Positions 49,289-57,558 of a stretch of 64,000 bases of DNA are shown piece by piece. Source of the DNA: a virus (lineage: Duplodnaviria; Caudoviricetes); the IMG/VR virus record IMGVR_UViG_2773858002_000001, positions 27,802 to 91,801 of that record, one strand, 5' to 3'. The number at the start of each line of letters is the position of its first letter. Position 1 is the first letter of the stretch. Under the pieces are notes generated by a model. It was not told the DNA's origin and ran no database searches. It saw nothing but the letters and a program-made list of their open reading frames with translations. The position numbers and the translations under genes are program-made.

Positions 49289-49338
49289 ATTCTACCTTTG
49301 GACCGTCGCCTAGCAAGGAAAAAGTGCAATTAATTTCA
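49289..49338 (-). promoter_or_regulatory. Sigma70-like promoter with palindrome 7 nt upstream of -35
   Basis: CTTGCT(49317-49312)-N17-TAGAAT(49294-49289); site at 49325-49338. Confidence 0.75.
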
Positions 49339-50043
49339 CGACTGATCCCAGATGCAACCGTTACCGGAGATCGGCGTATACTGATCAACCTTCCTCTTCG
49401 ATTTGCTCTTGGTCGGGGCCGTCATCAGGTCGTAATTGTGTGAGCTTCCTGACTTCGACCCTTTGGCATTTTTCACCCCAAAGTGCTTCATCAGAAACTT
49501 GATCTGCTCGTGGCTCTCCACCGCCTTCTTGCAATAGTTGGTGCGCACATACTGAATTGCATCCTGCTCCCCGAACTCAGCGACAAGCGCAGCAAGGAAT
49601 GTTCCCGTACGGCCATGCCCTCCGATACATCCGCAATGGACCTTCATCCCGTCTTCCAGCTGCTCTTTGGTCCATCTGACAAGCTTGACGAAATTGCCGA
49701 CATCTTTCGGGACACCCATGTCCGGTATGCGGAACAGCAATTCATGCCCTTTGGTCCAAGGGAACTGCTTGCCGGTGAACGTCATCCCACCGTCGAAGCC
49801 GATGTATATGTCCGCATCCTCGACAGCCGGCGACAAGCAGCTGCCTCCATAGATCACAAGCTCGCTGCCGGGGAGCTTCAAGGGCGGGTGGGACTTGTAG
49901 CACCGCTCCCCCGTCCAACCGCTGGATTTGCTACCGTATCCGAGGCTTCCCTTGCTGCCCCCAAAATCATAGATCGACGCACTCTTCCGCACGTTCGAAC
50001 GATCACCATAGATGAGGTCGTCTATATTCTTGCGCTTTCCCAC
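49336..50043 (-). CDS. CX5R (PTP/dual-specificity-like) phosphatase
   Basis: IPDMGVP acid loop, VHCGCIGGHGRTG, AVES.EQ. Confidence 0.85.
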   Translation of the reverse strand: MGKRKNIDDLIYGDRSNVRKSASIYDFGGSKGSLGYGSKSSGWTGERCYKSHPPLKLPGSELVIYGGSCLSPAVEDADIYIGFDGGMTFTGKQFPWTKGHELLFRIPDMGVPKDVGNFVKLVRWTKEQLEDGMKVHCGCIGGHGRTGTFLAALVAEFGEQDAIQYVRTNYCKKAVESHEQIKFLMKHFGVKNAKGSKSGSSHNYDLMTAPTKSKSKRKVDQYTPISGNGCIWDQS

Positions 50044-50058
50044 TTGGCCCTCCTTGGC

Positions 50059-51138
50059 TCACGCTGCGCGTTGTATTTTCTGCACATGTAGCCCCGGCAT
50101 GACCGTGAACCACTTCTTTTCCCACTCGGCCTTAGCCATTGCCGCCTTCTCGGCTTCAATCTTGGCCTTCTGAAGAGCTTCGGCCTGAGCCTGTTTCGCG
50201 GCCTCTGACATGCCGTATTTCTTCACCTGCGCTGCCTTCTCAGACGGGTATTTGCCTACAGAGCCAAGCGCCTCTACACGCTCCCAATCGACGTAATCGC
50301 CAAGTTCGGTAAAGCGCTCCTTCAACTCGTGCACGATCACCTTCAGCGCCGGGTCAGCGTAAGAGGCGACAACCTTGTCGTATAGAACCGCCTCGGGCAC
50401 CTGCCCTGACCGTTGAACGTCGAGGATGCGCATTAGAGACGTCATATCGTAGTGCGCGTAGCAAAGCCCCTTATTGAACACGGGGCCGTTATTGTGGCTC
50501 AAGGTCCACACGGTATCGAGCATCATCTCAGCAGTGAACTCTCCGCTGACGAAGCGCGCCAGGCAATCCGTCACCTGTCCCCACGCCTTGCCGCCATACC
50601 CGCCATTCCACTTGCTATTGTAGAATTGCCAACGCAGACATTCGACATAATTGCCGATGGTGGTTTTCGGCGGAGAGCTAAGAAGCGCCTTGTGGATGCC
50701 GCTCTCCCCGCCGTTCACTGACTTCAAGAAATCTGCGACTTCAGGTCCGAACTTCTGCTTGATCATGCCCATGTCGGACATCAGCGACTGATTGTGCCGG
50801 CTTTCACGCGTACAGATCAGCAGTAGGTAGTAGAATGCCCGAACAGCCTTTGGCCCCATAAAACTGTGATACTTCTCAACGAAATCGAGCTCCCACTCAT
50901 CGAGAGGTTCTAGGGCCGCTCGTCTCGATTGAATGAGAGCCATGCCGTGGTTCATCCCGTAAAACCACAGGGCCTCTCTCTCGGGGACGGTTTTCGGTTG
51001 GTCGTCACTCTTGAGAAACGCCTCGACCATGGCAGTCACTTTCGCCACCGGAACATCGCCCATGTCTCTATGCGACGTGAGTACGCGGCTTTGGTGGAAA
51101 GCAAGTGTCGTTTTTGGGTCGGTCAGGGCCACGGTCAC
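50059..51138 (-). CDS. Conserved-looking hypothetical protein (E.RH / GYGGKAW / HNNG..FNK)
   Basis: 359 aa, AAGGAGG RBS, enzyme-like polar motifs; family not recognised. Confidence 0.75.
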   Translation of the reverse strand: MTVALTDPKTTLAFHQSRVLTSHRDMGDVPVAKVTAMVEAFLKSDDQPKTVPEREALWFYGMNHGMALIQSRRAALEPLDEWELDFVEKYHSFMGPKAVRAFYYLLLICTRESRHNQSLMSDMGMIKQKFGPEVADFLKSVNGGESGIHKALLSSPPKTTIGNYVECLRWQFYNSKWNGGYGGKAWGQVTDCLARFVSGEFTAEMMLDTVWTLSHNNGPVFNKGLCYAHYDMTSLMRILDVQRSGQVPEAVLYDKVVASYADPALKVIVHELKERFTELGDYVDWERVEALGSVGKYPSEKAAQVKKYGMSEAAKQAQAEALQKAKIEAEKAAMAKAEWEKKWFTVMPGLHVQKIQRAA

Positions 51139-51168
51139 CCTCCTTGGTGCATGTTGGCTACTCCCACA

Positions 51169-51218
51169 AGTCTATCTTTTTGACATGTGAGAGCAACCAA
51201 AAAATGCAATTAATTGCA
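51169..51218 (-). promoter_or_regulatory. Sigma70-like promoter with palindrome 7 nt upstream of -35
   Basis: GTTGCT(51197-51192)-N17-TAGACT(51174-51169); site at 51205-51218. Confidence 0.72.
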
Positions 51219-51228
51219 CATGTTTTCT

Positions 51229-51729
51229 CTAGGAAAAGAGGCGGTAGAAGCGAGCCTTCCACGCCATGGCAGGAAGAGACCTTCTGATCGGTTCGACGTC
51301 GAACGCCTCAACGTACATTCGCTGCTCAGGTGTCTCCACAGCACGCTTGGAATAGTGCTCGCGCACGTACCCAACGGGGTCCGGTACACCCGCAACTTTG
51401 GCCACCAGAGCCAGGAACAATCCTGTCCTCCCCCAACCGCCCATGCACCCCACGTACACACGCCGGCCACGCAACGCCGCCTCCAAAGTGCGCCGCAGAG
51501 CATTCTGGACCTGCAACGCGTCCTTCGGAACTGAGAAGTCTTCGATGGGCAGGTGAACATCCGCGCTCTTGAGTACGCGTTCGGCGCGGACACAGACGCC
51601 AAACGTGTCTTCCGCCCAGAACATGGGGTATGCGTCGAACGGGCCACCCGTGATGTCCAACTTCAGTCTTGCATAGCGCCATCCAAGTTGGATCGGCAAC
51701 ACCCCGTTTGGCTTCAATCGTTCAATCAT
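51229..51729 (-). CDS. CX5R (PTP/dual-specificity-like) phosphatase
   Basis: PIEDFSVP, VYVGCMGGWGRTG, AVETPEQ. Confidence 0.85.
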   Translation of the reverse strand: MIERLKPNGVLPIQLGWRYARLKLDITGGPFDAYPMFWAEDTFGVCVRAERVLKSADVHLPIEDFSVPKDALQVQNALRRTLEAALRGRRVYVGCMGGWGRTGLFLALVAKVAGVPDPVGYVREHYSKRAVETPEQRMYVEAFDVEPIRRSLPAMAWKARFYRLFS

Positions 51730-51771
51730 TCCGGCCTCCTTGCCTTCTTGCATTCTTGCATTCTGTTGAGA

Positions 51772-51984
51772 TTACTCACCGTTGAACAGTCGAGTTACGC
51801 TTTGGATCGTTCCATCCTTGACCAGCATGATCCATTCGTTGAAGCGGCGGTTTCCATGCTTCGAGGTAACCGGTGCCGCTCTTCTTGCCATTCGTCTGAG
51901 GCGCTTTGCTGTATCGCCCCATAGGCCGAAATCCCGGCCCCGTTGGATCGCGTTCTCACTGACCGTATAGTCACGGATACTCAT
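51772..51984 (-). CDS. Small basic hypothetical protein
   Basis: 70 aa with GAGG RBS. Confidence 0.6.
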   Translation of the reverse strand: MSIRDYTVSENAIQRGRDFGLWGDTAKRLRRMARRAAPVTSKHGNRRFNEWIMLVKDGTIQSVTRLFNGE

Positions 51985-51997
51985 CGCCTCTGTTCCT

Positions 51998-52273
51998 CTA
52001 GGTGCCCTCGTGACGGAACTTGTCGCCCCGCAGGATCAGCATGTCCCGAGGGGCATCAATCACCGCTCGCACGATGCCTCTCTGGAAGAGATCGCCTGCG
52101 GACACGAACACTTCGGGCATCACTTCCTCAGCCTTGGACTCAGTGATCTCAAACTCGCCGCCTTCCGAATTGACGAGCGTGAAGCTGGTCTCGTCATAAA
52201 TGCGCGAGACACGGAACTGTTGGTCCGAAACGTAGAAATCGTCGCCTTGGCGAACACTCAAGACAAGGGGCAT
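51998..52273 (-). CDS. CsrA-like protein with internal insertion
   Basis: N-term LVLSVRQGDDFYV and C-term VRAVIDAPRDMLILR match the CsrA ends. Confidence 0.55.
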   Translation of the reverse strand: MPLVLSVRQGDDFYVSDQQFRVSRIYDETSFTLVNSEGGEFEITESKAEEVMPEVFVSAGDLFQRGIVRAVIDAPRDMLILRGDKFRHEGT

Positions 52274-52305
52274 CGCAATTCTCCATAGTGTCCAGCGAGT
52301 CTACC

Positions 52306-54315
52306 TTATCGACCCAATACCGAGAAGGCGGCAAACTCTGCCGGGACCGCCATTGGCACGTGCTGCATACCTTCTCCGGCTGGTTTGTAGCCTGCCTCAT
52401 GCAGGACCGGGAACATCGCCCACGGCGTGATCGACAAACCATGCAGTTCGTCGGCCCGATCATGCAGAACTTTGGCGATCTCCACACGGAACGGTGTGTC
52501 GTCGTGCTGGTCTCCGAAGCACCTCCCGAGGGCAGCATCCGCATCAGGTATGAACTCGCTAGGCGCTCGCAAGTCCAAGGTCACGTGCTGTCTGCTTGGT
52601 AGATCGGCCACACCGTCGAGGATCGCATTCAGTACGTCCAGATTTCCCCACCAATGCGCGGCCATGATTGTGTGAGGTTTGTCAGCCCCCAGATCGATGG
52701 CGGACGCCTCGCAACACCCAAGCACGTCCATACACCACCCCATCACTGCCGCAATTTCGGGCGCGTCCGAGCTATCGATAACTGGAACTTCCGTGTCTAC
52801 CCAGACCCGTCCCGTGGAACCGTCTATCGTGACCCGCTTCAAATCACTGTACTTGGCATTGTGTTGCAGCCCGGTGATGTCGAGATCAGTGCACCCCACC
52901 ACGCAAGCCTTGTCCATGGCCCGAGCAACCACTGCAGCGTGGCTGGTGGCTCCCCCGGTCTGCGTCAAAATACCAACAGCAGCATTCATGCCGGCAATGT
53001 CATCCGGGGTCGTCTCATGCGTAATCAAGATGCAAGGCTCTTTGCAATTAATTGCATCCTGTGCAGAGAATACGGGGACACCAAAGACAACGCCAGGACA
53101 CGCTGGCAGACCTTCATAATGCGCTGGACCACTGAATGTCGGATCGATGGCGGGCCTGCGTACAATCTTGAACTGGTCGCTCGTCAGGCGCGACCGCGCG
53201 GTCCCTTTGTCGATCACACCTTCCTTCACGAGATCGACCGCAATCTTGAAGGCAGCTCGTGCCGAACGCTTGCCAACACGGCTCTGCAGCAACCACAGCT
53301 TGCCCTGCTGAACGGTGAACTCCAAATCCACCATGTCGTCGTACATCGCTTCCAGATCGGAGCAGAGCGTACAGAACTCCGTGGCCCAAGGCGGGCTCTT
53401 CGTCTCAAAGAGTTCGTCCAGCGAGTATGGTGTTCGAATACCCGCCACCACGTCCTCCCCCTGCGCGTTGTGCAGGTACTCGCCCATCGTGTGGTTCTCG
53501 CCCGTCGAGGGGTCGCGGGTGAACGCCACGCCTGATCCACTGTCGTCGCCCATGTTGCCGAACACCATTGCCTGAATGTTGACGGCTGTGCCCATAGCCT
53601 CATCGATCTTGTTGATCTTGCGATACTCGATAGCACGCTCGTTCATCCAGCTGTCGAAGACGGCCTTCGTGGCAGCCCGTAGCTGTTCCTCTCGGGTCTG
53701 CGGAAACTCGTGTTGCGTGACCGCCTGAAACACCATCTTGTAGCGTTTGATCAGCTCTCGCAGATGGTCTGGGGTCAGATCACCGTCTTCCGACACGCCG
53801 GTGGCGTCTTTGATGTCTTCAAGGTGCTCGTCAAACAGCACCATGGCAACGCCATAAGCTGTGGCTCCGAGCATCTGTATCAGGCGTCGGTAGCTATCGA
53901 GAGCCGCCCGTTCACCGATACGTTCCTCCCACGCCGGCAGCGTCTTGTCCGTCAGGCCGACGTTCAGGATCGTGTCCATCATGCCTGGCATCGAGATCGG
54001 GGCACCCGACCGAACTGATACGAGTGGCGTAAAGCCCATCTCGCCTCTCAGCCATTTGTCGTGTTCCACAATCTCTTCCATCAGCAGATCGATGAAGACA
54101 TCCTTGCTGTTCGCCATCTCGGTCGTATCGTCCGGAGCAGCCATATACTGGTTGCAGACGGCTGTGGTCACCGTGAAGCCGGGGGGCACGGGCATCTCGG
54201 CCTGACACATCTTCACCAAGCCGGCACCCTTGCCACCAAGCAACTTCTTGGCGTCAGACGCGCTGCCGGTCCAGTCGCAGTGGCTCTGGGAGAACCTGAA
54301 AATTCGCTGATCCAC
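52306..54315 (-). CDS. PPDK-like protein (ATP-grasp + phospho-His domains; pyruvate/PEP barrel missing)
   Basis: LLGGKGAGL, VPPGFT, LVSVRSGA..SMPGMMDTILN, AQGEDVVAG, GGATSHAAVVAR; 669 aa with a non-PPDK C-terminus. Confidence 0.9.
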   Translation of the reverse strand: MDQRIFRFSQSHCDWTGSASDAKKLLGGKGAGLVKMCQAEMPVPPGFTVTTAVCNQYMAAPDDTTEMANSKDVFIDLLMEEIVEHDKWLRGEMGFTPLVSVRSGAPISMPGMMDTILNVGLTDKTLPAWEERIGERAALDSYRRLIQMLGATAYGVAMVLFDEHLEDIKDATGVSEDGDLTPDHLRELIKRYKMVFQAVTQHEFPQTREEQLRAATKAVFDSWMNERAIEYRKINKIDEAMGTAVNIQAMVFGNMGDDSGSGVAFTRDPSTGENHTMGEYLHNAQGEDVVAGIRTPYSLDELFETKSPPWATEFCTLCSDLEAMYDDMVDLEFTVQQGKLWLLQSRVGKRSARAAFKIAVDLVKEGVIDKGTARSRLTSDQFKIVRRPAIDPTFSGPAHYEGLPACPGVVFGVPVFSAQDAINCKEPCILITHETTPDDIAGMNAAVGILTQTGGATSHAAVVARAMDKACVVGCTDLDITGLQHNAKYSDLKRVTIDGSTGRVWVDTEVPVIDSSDAPEIAAVMGWCMDVLGCCEASAIDLGADKPHTIMAAHWWGNLDVLNAILDGVADLPSRQHVTLDLRAPSEFIPDADAALGRCFGDQHDDTPFRVEIAKVLHDRADELHGLSITPWAMFPVLHEAGYKPAGEGMQHVPMAVPAEFAAFSVLGR

Positions 54316-54347
54316 GTAACCCTCCTTGGTTCATTGTGGCTTCAATC

Positions 54348-54397
54348 ATCCTAACAGTATGCCGCCCCCAAGCAAGAAAAATGTGCAATTAATTGCA
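54348..54397 (-). promoter_or_regulatory. Sigma70-like promoter with palindrome 7 nt upstream of -35
   Basis: CTTGCT(54376-54371)-N17-TAGGAT(54353-54348); site at 54384-54397. Confidence 0.75.
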
Positions 54398-54399
54398 CG

Positions 54400-54906
54400 T
54401 TAATGTCGTCGTTTATTGTACAGCCCCTGCAAGGCTGCGCGCACATGCAGAGAGCCCGCTTCCTTCTTCCAGCGTGCCTGTTCGATCCTCCAGATTGCCC
54501 CCTCCCCATCAACGTCCTTGTTCTCGTCTTCGATGTCAGACATCAGCAATAGAGACACGAGCACGGCCTGATTTGTTCGGTCGTCAAGGAACCCCTCGTC
54601 CACCAGGGACAAGCAGAACATCGCACAGACGTAGAGGCCGTGCCTGGGGTCGTCTGGCGACAGATCGTGCAGGAGGTTCTTTGCCGCGTCATCTATCCGC
54701 TTCGCCAATCGTGCGACAGAGAACTGATCGAGTTTCGCGAGAGGGCTCGCCGCTGCAACATTCAGCTTGTGCATCACGTCAGCGCGCAGCTCGACACCGA
54801 TCTTCTGGCATTCCTCCATCATCAAAAACATCATGTGCGCGGGCAATGCGTTCTCCACCACGAGCTGGTCACGCTCACGAATGTCAAACAATCCTTCGGC
54901 GTTCAT
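54400..54906 (-). CDS. Hypothetical helical protein
   Basis: ORF downstream of the terminase; start inferred at MNAEG. Confidence 0.65.
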   Translation of the reverse strand: MNAEGLFDIRERDQLVVENALPAHMMFLMMEECQKIGVELRADVMHKLNVAAASPLAKLDQFSVARLAKRIDDAAKNLLHDLSPDDPRHGLYVCAMFCLSLVDEGFLDDRTNQAVLVSLLLMSDIEDENKDVDGEGAIWRIEQARWKKEAGSLHVRAALQGLYNKRRH

Positions 54907-55069
54907 CTTTCTCAACCTTTCTTGTAAGCCCCCACTCCGCAGCGAGGGCGTCAACTTCGATCTCGGTATCGACGCTGTAACGTTTCGTCACGTATCGGAT
55001 GCCACGTTCGTCCAGCGCGTCCTCAAAACCCCGCAGCGCCGTGTCGCTCCACGAGCGGTATCTAGCCAT
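54884..55069 (-). CDS. Small hypothetical protein
   Basis: ATG overlaps the TerL end. Confidence 0.5.
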   Translation of the reverse strand: MARYRSWSDTALRGFEDALDERGIRYVTKRYSVDTEIEVDALAAEWGLTRKVEKDERRRIV

Positions 55070-56942
55070 CGACCATTTCCTCGAAATCCATGCCGGCCCC
55101 CTTCTTGATCTTGGTGGCCTGCTCCGGTTCCTTTCGATGCTGCACAGCCAACGGCACCTGGTGCATTGGGACGCCATAGCGGAGCCATATCTCGCGAAGG
55201 ATCGTCAGGCCGTAGACCACGCCAGCCATGCTGTCCGACACGTCCTTTGAGCCGTGCGGCGGGTGATCGATGATCCCCTTCTTTGTATCAATCTCCAGGG
55301 ACACCATCTCACCTTGCGCCTTGGGATGCTCAGGTGCTTGCACTCGGGCGTCATAGAACGCTTGCTTCGTAAAATCGTAGGCGTCCGTGTCCTTGTCCAT
55401 CGACTGGTAATGGACGATGAAGCCCTTCTGGTAGAGGATTTGCATACTGTCGCGGCTCTGAAAGCCGTCGAAACTCACCCATTTGATCGGCAAGCCCATC
55501 TTGTCCCGGAGCACGTAGAGCAGCTTACGCACGTTCGAAAGCTCTATCTCGCCTCCGACAGGCACCTTGACCTCCAGCACGAGGTCAAACCGTATGATCG
55601 GGAGCATTTCCGTGTGATCGCCGCGATTGCACTTTTTGAACCCCACCACGTGGCCGATACTGACCCCCGCACTATCCTTCGAGTAGGCCAAGTCGATATG
55701 AGCCAGGCGCGGCTCCATGGGATTGACGATGCGTTTCGGGTAGAGCTTCAGCTTCGTGGTGACGAAATCCACATCATCGCGTGATGCGATAGACGGCACG
55801 ACGCCAAAGCAGGCCGCGACAGCTTCGGTGTTCAGCATGAACGGGTGCAGTGCAAGTGTCGCTACGCCGGCAATATCCCGAAGGGCAGCAAGCATGTCCG
55901 TTTCGAACTGCTTCTTGTACTCCAACGGAACGCGCATCACGAGATGGGCATCCTGCTCGGGCACAACTGCCTCGTCATCCAGGATATAAGGTTTCCGGGT
56001 CTGGTCTCCGACGAATATGCGGAACCGGTCCTGCGTAAACTTTTCAGGCCGAACTTCCCAAACCCTTTTGTCGTAAATGAAGATGCGCGGGTTCGTTCGA
56101 GCCTCTTCCTCCTTCTTGTCGGTGAATTGCCCCGGATAGTTGCGCGACGACACCAGGCACAGCATCCCAGGCAGAGACCCAAGTTGCATGAAGCGGCTCT
56201 CACGACGGCGGGCGATAGAGTTGTAGTTCTTGACCGCCTGATCGTAGATTTCGCCGTCTTTCGACTGCTTCGAGTTTTCGACAACCGCCATGAAGTTGAT
56301 TTCGTCAATCAACCCCCCGATCACGTTCTGGCCGATTGCACCCGTATCCTGTCCGCTGATCGGCTTTACAATGATCCGCTTGGGGAAGCGCATCTCACTG
56401 GTGATGTCTGTGTCGAAAGCGAAATGCGCCTTAAAGTACGGCGCACTCTCGATCATCGCGCGAAACCGCGTGTAATCGACGCCGGCAGCAAGGTTCTTGT
56501 TCAGCGACTGGAACACGATGACGATTTCTGACGTCGGGTCCAGGTCAAATTCGGCGTGCGGGTCGCGCATGCAAGAGAGCAGGTAGAGCTGGTACGCCTG
56601 AGTGTAGAGCGCGAGGTGCGTCTTACCGACGCCGATGCCGCCCGTCAGCACGCTTTCAACGTACTTTCCGCTGTTAAGTTCTTCGAACTCCCGCATGACA
56701 AGCGGCCACATTGCCGTGGGCTTGTTCATGTAGGCTTCGCCCTCGATAAACTCGCGAGGGCTGACCGGTTCGTGTTTGAAACGTATCAGCCTTTTGAGCG
56801 CGTCGGGATTGGCTGCCGCCTCCTTTAGAAACGACATCACCACGTCCAGGTCTTCGGGGTAGTCGTTGGCGACTTCCGTCCAAAGCTCTTGTGCCACCTC
56901 ATCAAGTACCGATTGAGGAACCTTACGTGCCTTCCCCACCAT
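55062..56942 (-). CDS. terL: Terminase large subunit
   Basis: GGIGVGKT Walker A, GLIDEINF Walker B, nuclease HIDLA / SFDGFQS / KDVSDS. Confidence 0.9.
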   Translation of the reverse strand: MVGKARKVPQSVLDEVAQELWTEVANDYPEDLDVVMSFLKEAAANPDALKRLIRFKHEPVSPREFIEGEAYMNKPTAMWPLVMREFEELNSGKYVESVLTGGIGVGKTHLALYTQAYQLYLLSCMRDPHAEFDLDPTSEIVIVFQSLNKNLAAGVDYTRFRAMIESAPYFKAHFAFDTDITSEMRFPKRIIVKPISGQDTGAIGQNVIGGLIDEINFMAVVENSKQSKDGEIYDQAVKNYNSIARRRESRFMQLGSLPGMLCLVSSRNYPGQFTDKKEEEARTNPRIFIYDKRVWEVRPEKFTQDRFRIFVGDQTRKPYILDDEAVVPEQDAHLVMRVPLEYKKQFETDMLAALRDIAGVATLALHPFMLNTEAVAACFGVVPSIASRDDVDFVTTKLKLYPKRIVNPMEPRLAHIDLAYSKDSAGVSIGHVVGFKKCNRGDHTEMLPIIRFDLVLEVKVPVGGEIELSNVRKLLYVLRDKMGLPIKWVSFDGFQSRDSMQILYQKGFIVHYQSMDKDTDAYDFTKQAFYDARVQAPEHPKAQGEMVSLEIDTKKGIIDHPPHGSKDVSDSMAGVVYGLTILREIWLRYGVPMHQVPLAVQHRKEPEQATKIKKGAGMDFEEMVDG

Positions 56943-57558
56943 GATCGATAACCTTCATGCGCTGATCGATCAGTTCGGACATGCGCTGTGCGAGAGCCAT
57001 GAGGCGGTCTTGCTGGGCCACCTTCCGCGTGAACTCTGCGCCCCCATCGTCTGTGGTGCCGATGTGCGCGATCACCTTCGGAGTCAGGCCAAGCAGCTCC
57101 GAACGGTGCTCATGTACTTTCAAGATCGAGTTTAGATAACCAAGTGGAGCCTGTGGGCTCGTCTTCTCATCCAGGTTGGTCAGGCGGGACCAGAGTTCGC
57201 TTTCAATGAGGTCCAGGCGGGCAAGCCCTTCGCCGCGATGCCGAGCGAAATCCTGCGTCGTTCCGAAGACCTCCCATCGTGCATGTACCCGCCTGATATA
57301 GCGATCCATTGCACGCCCGTCGTTGATGTCCAGAAGGGCCATAAGCTGCCGCTTGTTGCGTACGCCCTTCATCATCATGAGTTCGACACGAGCCACCTGC
57401 TGCTCGTCGTACTCCTGAGCCTCGCCGTTGGTGCGGTCGTACTGTGGACTCTCAGGAACTTCCACGCGGTTAGGTAGGGTGGCGCGTTCCTCCAAGGGAA
57501 GGCGCTCCCTAACCTTCTTCAGATCGACCCTCTTCCGCCTGATCTTGACCTTGGACAT
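56923..57558 (-). CDS. Putative terminase small subunit
   Basis: HTH-like helical protein overlapping the TerL start. Confidence 0.6.
   Translation of the reverse strand: MSKVKIRRKRVDLKKVRERLPLEERATLPNRVEVPESPQYDRTNGEAQEYDEQQVARVELMMMKGVRNKRQLMALLDINDGRAMDRYIRRVHARWEVFGTTQDFARHRGEGLARLDLIESELWSRLTNLDEKTSPQAPLGYLNSILKVHEHRSELLGLTPKVIAHIGTTDDGGAEFTRKVAQQDRLMALAQRMSELIDQRMKVIDHGGEGT

Noticed and set aside
52306-54315. PPDK as pseudogene or ordinary metabolic gene
   Set aside because: Uninterrupted ORF with promoter, RBS and intact catalytic motifs; no barrel remnant recognised downstream, so neither label fits.
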